This document shows, piece by piece, positions 36,935 to 47,179 of a DNA stretch of 64,000 nucleotides. This DNA is from Candidatus Daviesbacteria bacterium (GTDB lineage Bacteria; Patescibacteriota; Microgenomatia; Daviesbacterales; UBA10151), in contig JACPKL010000012.1 of the NCBI GenBank assembly GCA_016187035.1, forward strand, positions 8,925 through 72,924. The letters run 5' to 3'. Below the pieces are notes generated by a model that saw nothing but the letters and a program-made list of their open reading frames with translations, searched no databases and had not been told where the DNA came from. Both the position numbers and the translations under genes were made by a program. The stretch's first letter is position 1. Each line of letters opens with the position of its first letter.

Positions 36935-38224
36935 TCACATCCTAAATCTTCTGTCTGTTAAAAAAGGATTAGGTTTTCTCTTGATTTTAACAGAAGTTAA
37001 TAAAATCCCTCTTTGCAGGGTAAAATCCCCATATTTGTTATTTATTCTGTCCAAAGTTTTAATAATGGTTTCTTGTTTCTGTACCTCAGGTAACAGGCTG
37101 ATTGTTTGACCAGTAACCTCTTTTAAGTTGGAGATAGATACACCTATCATCCTTATTTTGTTTCCGTTCCAGATCTGCTGAAAAATTCTCAAACCAGCCT
37201 TAAAAATTTCCAGCCCATCTTGGGTAGGAAAAATAGTTGCCTGCATCCCATCTCCATTAAATCCTACCTCGGAGGTAGGAATACGATGAGACGTAGGGTT
37301 TAATGCTTCTCTGTACCAACAGCTGACTGTTTTCCCTACCAGTTTTTTGTCCCTTAACCTTTTACCAACCATCTCACAAATTTTCAGAAGGATTTGTTTT
37401 ATTTCCAAAAGATCATCAGTATCATGAGAAATAGTATGTCTGTGGCCTATTGATTTAACTTCTTCCTTTGTAAAAAAAGGGGTCACAATAGAATCAGCTA
37501 TCCCCCTTGATATGTTATATAACATTAAACCCTGATGAGGCTTGAAAGAAGCAATTAAAGCTTTAAGCGGTACTGACCTTAGCTGAGCAAAGTTAAACAC
37601 TCCCATATTGTTTAATCTTTTTTTAAGTCTGTCTCCAATCCCGCAAATCTCATCTAAACCCACTCTGTCCAAAATAAACCGGGCAGCATCAGTATCTGCT
37701 ATCATCACTAGTCCATCTGGCTTATATAAGGATCCAGCCAGTTTAGCCATTAGTTTGTTATAGGAAATACCAATGGAACAGGTAATGTATTCCCCTACTT
37801 CAGTTCTGATTCTGGATTTGATCTGCTGAGCAAGCTCTAAAAAGGAAGCTACACCTCGGAGGTGTACTGAAGGTAACTCAAGGAATACTTCATCAATTGA
37901 GAATATCTCCAAATTAGGGGAATAATCTTTTAAAATATTTAAAAATCTCTTGGTGGTTTCCAGATATTTATCGCAGTCTCCTTTAATTAAAATTATCTGA
38001 GGACAAAGCTCCTTAGCTTCCCAAATCTGCATACCTGTTTTAACCCCAAATTCTTTGGCCTCTTGAGAAGCTGCACCAATAACTGTTCTTTTCATCCTGT
38101 CTCCCCCTGTTACCCCAATCGGTTTACCTCTAAGTCTGGGATTAGCTTGTTGCTCAACTGTGGCAAAGTATGAGTTAAAATCAATATGAAAAATTACTCT
38201 TCCTCTACTGTCTCCAAACTCCAT
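36935..38224 (-). CDS. dinB: DNA polymerase IV (Y-family)
   Basis: HIDFNSYFATVEQ, SIDE, SIGISYNKLMAKLA, KPDG. Confidence 0.93.
   Translation of the reverse strand: MEFGDSRGRVIFHIDFNSYFATVEQQANPRLRGKPIGVTGGDRMKRTVIGAASQEAKEFGVKTGMQIWEAKELCPQIILIKGDCDKYLETTKRFLNILKDYSPNLEIFSIDEVFLELPSVHLRGVASFLELAQQIKSRIRTEVGEYITCSIGISYNKLMAKLAGSLYKPDGLVMIADTDAARFILDRVGLDEICGIGDRLKKRLNNMGVFNFAQLRSVPLKALIASFKPHQGLMLYNISRGIADSIVTPFFTKEEVKSIGHRHTISHDTDDLLEIKQILLKICEMVGKRLRDKKLVGKTVSCWYREALNPTSHRIPTSEVGFNGDGMQATIFPTQDGLEIFKAGLRIFQQIWNGNKIRMIGVSISNLKEVTGQTISLLPEVQKQETIIKTLDRINNKYGDFTLQRGILLTSVKIKRKPNPFLTDRRFRM
37262..37309. repeat. family B REP in frame within dinB
   Basis: 47/48 identical to intergenic 38486-38533. 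Confidence 0.9.
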
Positions 38225-38445
38225 TTTAGTTTGTTTACATCAAATCTAAGGCAATAGAAATTTCCTCCTGAGGATATGGAAAAATGATAAAAAATATTAA
38301 CTCCTTCTTTGGAAGTATGGACTAAATTAATTTTTTCCACCTTAATTTGCCTGCCTTTCCAAAAAAAGCACCAAGGTTGGACAGCAGAACCTGTAAAAAG
38401 TACCCATACATTAATAGGTTCATTAAACTGATTCATTCCTTCCAC
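38194..38445 (-). CDS. small dinB-associated protein (DUF6504-like)
   Basis: P..F.WKGR...V and Y.LRFD....W.L pattern; coupled to dinB. Confidence 0.7.
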   Translation of the reverse strand: MEGMNQFNEPINVWVLFTGSAVQPWCFFWKGRQIKVEKINLVHTSKEGVNIFYHFSISSGGNFYCLRFDVNKLKWSLETVEEE

Positions 38446-38543
38446 ATTACACCCAAAAATTACCCGAAGTCAATACCCAAAACCCTCCTACCTCGGAGGT
38501 AGGATTACGATGAGACGTAGGGTTTAATGCTTCAGTCAAGAGG

Positions 38544-38882
38544 CTATTCTGAGGTAGAATCTTTTCTGCGCAACCTTTGCCATATTACCACACCACCAAC
38601 TATACCTGCTAAAGAAGCCACTCCAATTCCAACATACAACATAACACCTCTATGAGTGGCTAAGGCAACAGCATCCTGACCAAAACGGATAATGCGGTTT
38701 GTAATGTCAGGCCGAGGCTGCAGAAACTTATCTGCCATAGCTCTTAGCTGTTCCGGATCAACAGCCTGCGGGGTTTCAGTAATATTGATCTCTTGGGGGA
38801 TAGCATCAGGCGGCCCTAGGTGGCCACCCTCACCAGCCAATTGTTCTCCATAATCAGTTTCACGTTCAAGACCTAAACTCAT
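38544..38882 (-). CDS. hypothetical protein with C-terminal TM
   Basis: hydrophobic C-terminal helix followed by basic tail. Confidence 0.55.
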   Translation of the reverse strand: MSLGLERETDYGEQLAGEGGHLGPPDAIPQEINITETPQAVDPEQLRAMADKFLQPRPDITNRIIRFGQDAVALATHRGVMLYVGIGVASLAGIVGGVVIWQRLRRKDSTSE

Positions 38883-38948
38883 TTATATGGGCTATCTTAA
38901 CAAATCAGTCTGGAAAAGTAAATTTTTTGTTGTAAGGTCCTTAATGAT

Positions 38949-40289
38949 TTAATAGGAAAACATCCCCATAACTCTGGGATGATTGAAGATAATTGAATTA
39001 TTATGTCCTCCAAATCCAAAAGTATTTGACATAGACCTATTATATTTTCTGTAAAGAGCTTTATTAGGAACTAAATTCATTCCTTCGCTAATGGCATTTA
39101 TTAAATTAATAGTTGGAGGAATAATTCCTGCCTCCATAGCCTTTAAAGTAATAACTGCCTCAACTCCACCTGCACCTCCTAAGATATGCCCTATCATGGA
39201 TTTGGATGAACTGATATAAAGCCTGGCTGTATGATCTCCAAATACTTCAGTAATTCCTTCTAATTCCTTTCTATCGCCGATTGGGGTGGATGTTCCATGA
39301 GCATTAATATAATCAATATCAGATGGATTCAAGTAGGCATAAGCCAAAGCATTTCTCATAGCTCTGACAGCACCTTCTCCGCTGGGAGCTGTATCATGAA
39401 AAGCATCAGCAGTATCAGCATAATCGGCAAATTCAGCATAAATTTTGGCGCCTCGGGCTTTGGCATCAGGGTATCTTTCTAAAACAACTATACCAGCGCC
39501 TTCACCTTGTATGAATCCTGCAGCTCCTTGATCAAAAGGAGTGCTGGCTTTATCAGCTGAATCATTTCTTCTGGAAAGAGCGCGCATGTTATTAAAAGCA
39601 GCATAAGCCACCGGATGAAATGCCGAATCAACACCCCCGCTAACCATTACATCAGCTCTTCTTGCCCTCAGTTTATCTAAAGCATCACCCATAGCCATGC
39701 CTGATGAGGCGCAAGCAGATACGGTAACTGCAGCAGGCCCTTTAAGCTGAAATTTCTGACTTGGGACTATCTCAACTCTGTCTGCTAATATAATTTGCAT
39801 AGCAATAGCAGGAACTCTATTATCCCCACGCTGGTCTATAATTTTTTGAACCTCAGCAATGTAGGTGGATCCGCCTATTCCAGTTCCCAACCTAATGCCA
39901 ATACGGCCAGGTTCTATTCCATCAAGAGGACGATAGTCAGAACCAAGTTTGTCGATTTCAGTTAATTCCACCAATCTGCTAAGATCGGTTAGTAAACCAG
40001 CATCTTGTAAAGCTTCCGCAACTGCTACAGTAGATAGAGCAGCTGAACGATGAACTCTTCTTAAATCCCTGGGAGTTAAAAACGGGTTAGGATCAAATCC
40101 CTTAACTTGCGCAGCTAATTTGACTTGACTATTTAGTAATGGCTCATTTGGATCTAGTGGTTCATATAAACCTACGCCTGATCTACCTTCCTTAACAGCC
40201 TGCAGTGTATCCCTAGCATTTAAAGCTAAAGGGTTTACAGTGCCAACTCCAGTAACTACAATAATATCCTCTTCTGGTCTTCTTCTCAT
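38949..40289 (-). CDS. fabF: beta-ketoacyl-ACP synthase II
   Basis: SACASS catalytic Cys, NAHGTST, KSMIGH, SNTFGFGGHN. Confidence 0.92.
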   Translation of the reverse strand: MRRRPEEDIIVVTGVGTVNPLALNARDTLQAVKEGRSGVGLYEPLDPNEPLLNSQVKLAAQVKGFDPNPFLTPRDLRRVHRSAALSTVAVAEALQDAGLLTDLSRLVELTEIDKLGSDYRPLDGIEPGRIGIRLGTGIGGSTYIAEVQKIIDQRGDNRVPAIAMQIILADRVEIVPSQKFQLKGPAAVTVSACASSGMAMGDALDKLRARRADVMVSGGVDSAFHPVAYAAFNNMRALSRRNDSADKASTPFDQGAAGFIQGEGAGIVVLERYPDAKARGAKIYAEFADYADTADAFHDTAPSGEGAVRAMRNALAYAYLNPSDIDYINAHGTSTPIGDRKELEGITEVFGDHTARLYISSSKSMIGHILGGAGGVEAVITLKAMEAGIIPPTINLINAISEGMNLVPNKALYRKYNRSMSNTFGFGGHNNSIIFNHPRVMGMFSY

Positions 40290-40290
40290 T

Positions 40291-41172
40291 TTAATTAGGT
40301 TTTTGGAAAATCCATCTGACTGATTGTCTTGTTAAAGGTTTTGACCTCCCATAGCTTAGCTGTAATTCCCTGCTGAATTCTTCTAAGGAAGGTTGCCCAT
40401 TTTCAAATATAAAACTGTTTCTAACTCCCTCTACCCATCCTGAGTATTGATTAATATCAACTAATGCTTGGGTTGGATAAGTTACCGGTACAACTTGATA
40501 ATATACTAATACCAATCCGGCATTTTCTCCCATCTGAGTATATTCTGCTGGGGCTCTTTGTAAAAGACCGGGCTTTTCAGCTTTGGTAACTCTACCAAAC
40601 TTCATGGCTGCTCTTCCTGCTGGCATAGCCCATAATGTCTCATTATCAGCTGTAGCAATATCAGTAAATTCACTATTTACTACCACAATTCCCCGTGGTC
40701 TTAAAATTCGTGCACCAGCGCTAATAACAGAAGTCTGATCATCTGGTGGGACTTCATGTATAGTACCCAATATTGAGACCATATCTACACCATCTTCCGG
40801 GATTTGCCCATTTAACAAAACTTCAATATCCTGACCAAACCCTTTTATCCAATGCGCTTTGAATCTGTCAGATGATGGTGTATCTTTTTCGGCCTGTGCG
40901 AGAGCATACGGATCTGGATCAACACACCACATAACAGCTTCTCTTAAGAAAATTTCCGTCATACCTTTGACTAGCTGGGCAGCTAAACCATTTCCTGATC
41001 CAATGTCCACACCAGTAAATCTTGCAGAAAGATAAAGCATAGCCTCTAACATTAGTTCAGCATTTTCTCTTCTATAAGGATAATGTCTGGAAAAAGCAGT
41101 ATAATTCATACCTTCTTTTTGAAGGGTATGGTAAATTTTCGGAGATTGTTCTACTCGTTCACCTACAGCCAT
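40291..41172 (-). CDS. class I SAM-dependent methyltransferase
   Basis: VDIGSGNG motif I; RILRPRG motif. Confidence 0.8.
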   Translation of the reverse strand: MAVGERVEQSPKIYHTLQKEGMNYTAFSRHYPYRRENAELMLEAMLYLSARFTGVDIGSGNGLAAQLVKGMTEIFLREAVMWCVDPDPYALAQAEKDTPSSDRFKAHWIKGFGQDIEVLLNGQIPEDGVDMVSILGTIHEVPPDDQTSVISAGARILRPRGIVVVNSEFTDIATADNETLWAMPAGRAAMKFGRVTKAEKPGLLQRAPAEYTQMGENAGLVLVYYQVVPVTYPTQALVDINQYSGWVEGVRNSFIFENGQPSLEEFSRELQLSYGRSKPLTRQSVRWIFQKPN

Positions 41173-41194
41173 ATTACTTCACCGTAGTTGCCCA

Positions 41195-42823
41195 TTATCC
41201 TAATATCATCCTTCCCAGACTGATAACTCTGCCTATACCACGTATTGGAGATAATCTGCAATCAATGCCTAAAACTTTAGCTACCACCTGATCATCTACT
41301 CTTATATTTACATCTCCCCTAAATCTGTTTTTTCCTTCCCCTTCAGCTAAAACCGCCTCCATTTCCAGCTGCTCACCAGGATAAACATCCCTAAGATATT
41401 CAACCGGTCCTCTGACTCCACTAAATAAAGGTAAAACATCTTTAACACCTTCTCTAAAAAGGTAAGCTAAACCTAAAGTTTGTGCAGCAGCTTCAATTAA
41501 TCGGTCAAAACCCATACCTCTTCGCCTAGGCGCTGCCCATGCTCTTTCTTCAAACTGTAACCCTTTAATCGAGGCGACTTCTGTATTGCCTATTTTTAAA
41601 GACGCATCAGGATGATCAATCTCGATTGATAATCTGTCTCCTGGCAGTACAGGAATTTTAAATGCAATAGGTCCTTCAATCCTAGCGAGCCTGGGATCTA
41701 TAACTTCTCCATGGGTAATATTTGCAAAGTTATTCTCTGCAACTTCTTCGCAAGCAGCTATCATTTTATGCCCGGGAAAAACTGAGATGCCAAATTCCGG
41801 GGTAAAATGGCCTATTGTATGATTTCTCCTCACATCCAAAATAGCTCTATCTGAACTGCTATCCAGACTTCCATCTGCATCATCAAAGTGAAATCTGGTA
41901 TCTTTTTCCCGGACTCTGTAATAGCCAACAAATCTTTGTCTATCAAGCCCGACCAGCCTGTTGACATAGCGGGTTTCGCCACTATACATCGGTAACACAT
42001 CCGGCATTTCACCTGGTCTGATTTGAGGAACTCCTACAAATACTATATCTTCATCTGCAAAATCACCCTCAGCCATAAAGGCTATAGCATTTGCCATATC
42101 TGCAATTGTAGGAAGCTTACCGCCTTCTGCAGTTTGCTCCACTGCCTGCATAGCTTCAGGATTCATTCTTCTTAACAATTTGATCGTGGTAGTGCCTTCT
42201 ATGGCATGGCCGCAGACTGAACCAAACGTAACATGTTCTCCAGCTTGTTGATCAAATTGATTGTAGTCTCTTGTTGCCTTTTTTAATAATTGTTCACCCA
42301 GTTTTTTCCCTATTGCTACAGGAGTGTATTGGGGTAATTGTTCAATTCCAGTATGGTAAAAAGTTGACCAAAGACTAGGGACATCAATTACAACACTTCT
42401 ACCTTGTAATATTCTAGCTAGCTCTGCTTCTTGAAATAAGTAAAGTTTTGAATAACCGTTCACTTCCAGATGATAATTAGGGCTGGCTTCTAAAAGGTCT
42501 TTTTCCATTCCACCGGCATGATTAAAAATAATTCCATCTATCTTGCCAAAGTCTTGTTTTATTTGGGCAAGTAAACTGGCACGATGCTCAGGTCTGGTAA
42601 CATCAGCAACAGGTGCAACCATTCTTCCGCCAATTTCTTCAACCTGTCTGACTACTTCAGCTGCCCTAGAATCTTTACCTGGATCTCGATGGGGTCCAAT
42701 TACCACAGCTCCTCTTCTGGCAAGCTCTAAAGCTGTTGCAGCCCCAATTCCTCTTGAAGCTCCTGTTAAAAGAAATACCTGTCCAGTTAATGGTTTTCCA
42801 GTTAGTGATTCTGGCATTGACAT
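41195..42823 (-). CDS. SDR reductase fused to double hot-dog (FabA/FabZ-like) dehydratase
   Basis: TGASRGIG and Y...K in N-half; GHF.P...VFPG, F..PVLPGD, EAAAQ, VYPGEQL in C-half. Confidence 0.75.
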   Translation of the reverse strand: MSMPESLTGKPLTGQVFLLTGASRGIGAATALELARRGAVVIGPHRDPGKDSRAAEVVRQVEEIGGRMVAPVADVTRPEHRASLLAQIKQDFGKIDGIIFNHAGGMEKDLLEASPNYHLEVNGYSKLYLFQEAELARILQGRSVVIDVPSLWSTFYHTGIEQLPQYTPVAIGKKLGEQLLKKATRDYNQFDQQAGEHVTFGSVCGHAIEGTTTIKLLRRMNPEAMQAVEQTAEGGKLPTIADMANAIAFMAEGDFADEDIVFVGVPQIRPGEMPDVLPMYSGETRYVNRLVGLDRQRFVGYYRVREKDTRFHFDDADGSLDSSSDRAILDVRRNHTIGHFTPEFGISVFPGHKMIAACEEVAENNFANITHGEVIDPRLARIEGPIAFKIPVLPGDRLSIEIDHPDASLKIGNTEVASIKGLQFEERAWAAPRRRGMGFDRLIEAAAQTLGLAYLFREGVKDVLPLFSGVRGPVEYLRDVYPGEQLEMEAVLAEGEGKNRFRGDVNIRVDDQVVAKVLGIDCRLSPIRGIGRVISLGRMILG

Positions 42824-42824
42824 G

Positions 42825-43655
42825 TTACTTGCCCCTTTTAGCTTCTATAGCGCGGTTTGTAGCAATTCCTATGTTGGCAAAACCGATTCCTCCATCAACA
42901 TCCAAAATGGCTCCAGTAGCAAATGCGCCGCGAGGGCTGCAAAAATTGACTACATAATAAGCTACTTCACCTGTAGTGCCAATTCTTCCCAATGGTGTAT
43001 GTTCAGCAATTATTGCCTTGGTGCTTTCATCCAAAAATTCCGTCATATCAGTTTCAGCATATCCGGGATTGAGCTGGTTAACTCTAATATTTCGACCTGC
43101 TAGTTCTAATGCCAAACTTCTTGTGACACCTATTAAAGCTGCTTTAGAAGCAACATAAGGAATTTGGCCTCGATTTCCATATGGGCCAACTACACTTCCG
43201 ACATTTACAACAGCTCCTCCCTGCTCTCTGGGAAATAACCTGTAAAGTCCTTTCGTTAATTCCCACGCTGTACGTGCATTAACATCCATCACTTCATTCC
43301 ATTCAGCTCTAGCTATTGCACTAAAAGGTTTTCTAACTAAAGCCCCTGCATTATTTACTAAAGCGTTAAGTTGGCCGCACTCCCCTTTAATGAATCTATA
43401 AAGTTGACCTTGTACTACTTCATCAGTTAAATCTCCCTGAAACCAAAAGCCTTTGCTGCCCCTATCCTGTAATTCTCCCAGTATTCTTTCTGCCTGATCC
43501 GCGTTTTTAGCATCACGAGACATAATTACCACACCGGCTGCGCCTCGATTGGCAAATTCCTTGGCAATTGCTGATCCGTATCCTTTTAATCGGGCGCTTC
43601 CGGTAACAGCGACAAACATACCTGAAAATTCATGATTTAGAAATTCAGCTGACAT
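42825..43655 (-). CDS. fabG: 3-oxoacyl-ACP reductase (FabG-like SDR)
   Basis: VNNAG, YVASKAAL, NPGYAETDMT, PLGRIG, VDGG. Confidence 0.85.
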   Translation of the reverse strand: MSAEFLNHEFSGMFVAVTGSARLKGYGSAIAKEFANRGAAGVVIMSRDAKNADQAERILGELQDRGSKGFWFQGDLTDEVVQGQLYRFIKGECGQLNALVNNAGALVRKPFSAIARAEWNEVMDVNARTAWELTKGLYRLFPREQGGAVVNVGSVVGPYGNRGQIPYVASKAALIGVTRSLALELAGRNIRVNQLNPGYAETDMTEFLDESTKAIIAEHTPLGRIGTTGEVAYYVVNFCSPRGAFATGAILDVDGGIGFANIGIATNRAIEAKRGK

Positions 43656-43731
43656 GCTATTTAATTAATTAACATACCCTATAAGATCATGTCAAGTGGT
43701 ATATTTTACATAAATGGTAGAATAAGAATCT

Positions 43732-45435
43732 ATGTTTTGGCTGAAGATTTTTCTATGCCTTTCCCTTTATACTGTATACTCTATACTTTATACTCCTTTG
43801 GCTTTTGCCATAGTTGACCCCTTATCTGTACCTAATAATAAATATGGGATTCATATTATTCAGGCTACTCCTGAGGAATCATCCCCTGCTGCCCAGCTGG
43901 TGAACAGCTCTGAAGGGAACTGGGGTTATATTACAGTCTTAATAGAAGGTAAAGATAAAAATAAAGATAAATGGCAAGCTTTTTTTGATGATTTAAGAAG
44001 AAGACATCTGATTCCCATTGTCAGGTTAGCCACTATTCCTGATGGAAACTTCTGGAAAAGGCCTGATGAGGGTGAGGCAAAGGTCTGGGCTGATTTTTTG
44101 GATTCATTAAACTGGCCTGTTAAAAATAGGTATGTGATTATTTATAATGAGCCTAACCATGCTGCAGAATGGGGAAATTTTGTTGACGCCAAATCTTACG
44201 CAAAAGTATTAGATCAGACTATCACAGCGCTTAAAGGTAAAAACCAGGACTTTTTTGTACTCAATGCAGGATTAGATGCTTCTGCTCCTCATGAGTTACC
44301 TAATTATCAGGATCAAGTATCTTTTATGACTCAAATGAATGAAGCAGCGCCGGGGATTTTTGAAGAACTAGATGGTTGGGTGTCACATTCATATCCTAAT
44401 CCAGGTTTTGTGGGTTCTCCTGATGCTAATGGCAGGGGTACAGTCAGAACCTTTCTTTGGGAACTGCAGCAACTTAAGAATTTAGGGGTAACTAAAAATT
44501 TACCTGTATTTATCACGGAAACAGGCTGGAAACATGCTGAAGGACTTATCTTTGATTCCAGATTACCTAAAGCAGAGAATCTTTCTGATTATTATATCAA
44601 TGCTTTTACAAATGCCTGGCAGTCTTCTCGAATTGTGGCAGTTACCCCTTTTTTATTAAATTACCAGCAGTCTCCTTTTGATCATTTTTCTTTTAAAGAT
44701 ACCAGCTCACAATTCTATCCCTTCTACCAACAAATTATGAGCTTGCCCAAGATTGCTGGAAAACCAGTTCAAGACAGACTGGCTAAACTGGTTAAAGGTG
44801 AAATTTACTCATCAATAGTGGCAGGAGAAACTTATACCCTTTTCTTAACATTTAAAAACACGGGTCAATCAATTTGGAATGATGAGACGGTTACCTCTTT
44901 AATTCCTTTAGAAGGTGGTGCAGAGCTCGGGATCAGTAAAGTAGAAATACCCAAAGAGGTAAAAGTAGAACCAGGTAAAGAATATACATTTAATATTAAT
45001 CTCAAAGCTCCCCAAAAAGGTTCATTTAAAATTAAATTAAACCTGTTTTCAGATGCTCAACAATTTGACTCAAAGCCTCTGGAATTTACTACAGAAGTTA
45101 AATTACCTGTAATTTTACAGGTATTAGGGAACTTAAAATGGAAAAAGTCACCTGCTGCTGATTATGTCCTTAGAGTAAGTGGAGTAGTGGGAGATTCTGT
45201 CCAGAAAATCAATTTGGATTCTGAAGGTAAATCTCCTAAGACAGAAGCAAGGTATTTATTACCTGACTATTCTTTTGGTTTTACTTTAGAAAAACCATAT
45301 TATTATCCAAAGACTTTACATCAAACATTAAAAACAGGGGTAAATGTGTTAGACTTTGGTACTTTGCAACCAGCTCTGCTGCCAGCCCTTTTACATCCTG
45401 CAGAGTTTTGGAAGCTCCTGCCTTGGTCAAATTAG
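43732..45435 (+). CDS. secreted glycoside hydrolase (clan GH-A-like) with Ig-like C-terminus
   Basis: YNEPN acid/base and ITETGW nucleophile motifs; FKNTG..W Ig-like segment. Confidence 0.75.
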   Translation: MFWLKIFLCLSLYTVYSILYTPLAFAIVDPLSVPNNKYGIHIIQATPEESSPAAQLVNSSEGNWGYITVLIEGKDKNKDKWQAFFDDLRRRHLIPIVRLATIPDGNFWKRPDEGEAKVWADFLDSLNWPVKNRYVIIYNEPNHAAEWGNFVDAKSYAKVLDQTITALKGKNQDFFVLNAGLDASAPHELPNYQDQVSFMTQMNEAAPGIFEELDGWVSHSYPNPGFVGSPDANGRGTVRTFLWELQQLKNLGVTKNLPVFITETGWKHAEGLIFDSRLPKAENLSDYYINAFTNAWQSSRIVAVTPFLLNYQQSPFDHFSFKDTSSQFYPFYQQIMSLPKIAGKPVQDRLAKLVKGEIYSSIVAGETYTLFLTFKNTGQSIWNDETVTSLIPLEGGAELGISKVEIPKEVKVEPGKEYTFNINLKAPQKGSFKIKLNLFSDAQQFDSKPLEFTTEVKLPVILQVLGNLKWKKSPAADYVLRVSGVVGDSVQKINLDSEGKSPKTEARYLLPDYSFGFTLEKPYYYPKTLHQTLKTGVNVLDFGTLQPALLPALLHPAEFWKLLPWSN

Positions 45436-45524
45436 ATTAGCTCCACATCTTCTTTTAATTTACCTGCTTTTCCTCCCTAGTTTTTATACCAATCAGATCC
45501 TTTTTGGCTCATATTTGTAATGAA

Positions 45525-46241
45525 TTAATCATTTTCGCACCAAGTATAGTGACATTCCTTGACACTTAAAACCACTTCTTTTAGTATTTCAGATATATTC
45601 TGGACACCCGATCCATAGACTGGTTCTGCTTCTATTACTGAAATATTCAGTTTATCTGATGGGATATACTTTGGGTTGGTGAGCATAAAAATGTACCAGT
45701 CAATCTTCCTGCCGCTATACATTCCATCACCAGCAAGCTTACCTTGTAGGTGATAAATTTTATCAAAGTATTTATTAGTTAAAATTTCTTCTTTAGTATT
45801 AATTAGACTACTCTTTTCCTCACTCAAACGTTTATTAAATTGTTCCTCAGGATTGGGTAGACCATTTTTAACAGTAATTTTTATGTCCGCTGTTGAACCT
45901 TCTCCTGTACTAATAACAAATGGTTTACTACCCATCAATATTTCATTTGATTCTAAACCAGTATCAACAACATGCCATCCTTGTGGATATTTAAATTCAA
46001 GACCAGATACAGCTACGTCTGTCTCTATCCATCGTGAAGATGGTACAGTAGATGTTGATTGAGGCATTGAAGTTGTGTTCGGAACTTGAACACCAGAGGA
46101 TGCAGATGGAGAAGCTTTGTTCAAATAAAAACCACCTTTTCCATAAAAGTATGCTCCAGTACCCACTACAAGAATTAGTATTATTACTCCAATTATTGGT
46201 AGAAAATATCCTTTTTGTTTTAGATTATTATTAGGTTCCAT
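45525..46241 (-). CDS. membrane-anchored hypothetical protein (PsbP-like)
   Basis: QKG + TM, S/T linker, FKYPQGW motif. Confidence 0.6.
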   Translation of the reverse strand: MEPNNNLKQKGYFLPIIGVIILILVVGTGAYFYGKGGFYLNKASPSASSGVQVPNTTSMPQSTSTVPSSRWIETDVAVSGLEFKYPQGWHVVDTGLESNEILMGSKPFVISTGEGSTADIKITVKNGLPNPEEQFNKRLSEEKSSLINTKEEILTNKYFDKIYHLQGKLAGDGMYSGRKIDWYIFMLTNPKYIPSDKLNISVIEAEPVYGSGVQNISEILKEVVLSVKECHYTWCEND

Positions 46242-46448
46242 AATTTTATTATTTCAGTTTTTATATCGAATTGCAAGTTTATTTTAACTTTATTTTTAAG
46301 TAAGTGGTTTGTATAGTTTGGTTTGAGATATTAATGAACTGCATCTTGATTATTTTCTATTGCTCCTTGTAACTTTTTATCTTTTGGATTATTTGCATGG
46401 AGTTTTTTTATCTCTTTTAAGGTTAATTTTTTAAATCCTTTCATAGTT

Positions 46449-46979
46449 TTATTTGGCAAACTGCAAAATTTGAGCTTTCTTTAGAATGATATAACGAGAA
46501 CAATTCTTCGTAAGAGCGCGGCTTATGAAGTTTTCAAAACCAACGTAAATAATTTCTTTCTTCTCATCCTTGGCGGTTTGAATAGCAGGCAACAAATCAG
46601 TGTCTGAAGATATTAAGTAACATTTATAAAATTCGTTCTTAATTGATCCGCGTACTATGTCTACAGCAATCTGTACATCAACACCCTTTTCATGAAATTT
46701 GCCGTTAGATAGCAAAAGATAGCCTAACTTAATTTCAATATTTTGATTTCTTAAATGAGTAAACAGTTTCTGTTGATTTGCGTAAAGAGTTTCTGATTTT
46801 TTGTTATTCTCATATTGCCTAATTTCACCAGTATAATATACTACTTTATCTGGTGTAGTTTTAGTGATTGATTTCACTAAACCAATATAATCAAAAGTTA
46901 TAAGGTGGATGTCTCGATCAATCCGCTTTACTTTATTATAGAAGTTGCTTCCGTCAAATTGAACTAATATCTTGGACAC
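46449..46979 (-). CDS. NYN domain protein (paralog of 19811-20350)
   Basis: FDGSNFY, EKGVDV, SSDTDL; TTGCAG-17nt-TAAAT-type leaderless promoter at 46986-47014. Confidence 0.9.
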   Translation of the reverse strand: MSKILVQFDGSNFYNKVKRIDRDIHLITFDYIGLVKSITKTTPDKVVYYTGEIRQYENNKKSETLYANQQKLFTHLRNQNIEIKLGYLLLSNGKFHEKGVDVQIAVDIVRGSIKNEFYKCYLISSDTDLLPAIQTAKDEKKEIIYVGFENFISRALTKNCSRYIILKKAQILQFAK

Positions 46980-47014
46980 TCTCTGATTTTAAAGGATAGG
47001 AGAGGTTTCTGCAA

Positions 47015-47088
47015 ATAAAAACCCCTAGCTCGAGTTGAACTAGGGGGAGTTAGGATTTAATAATATCATAAGTTGTCAGAAAATTCAA
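47015..47088 (-). ncRNA. candidate small RNA unit upstream of NYN gene
   Basis: TTGAAT-17nt-TATTAT (47088-47060); CCCCTAG/CTAGGGG stem; T-tract. Confidence 0.5.
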
Positions 47089-47179
47089 CTCATGATGTGT
47101 GGGTATAGATATCTAATTTGCTATAGTTTGTACTATTTTGTCCTAGTTGACAAGATATAAATAAAGTTATATAAATATA

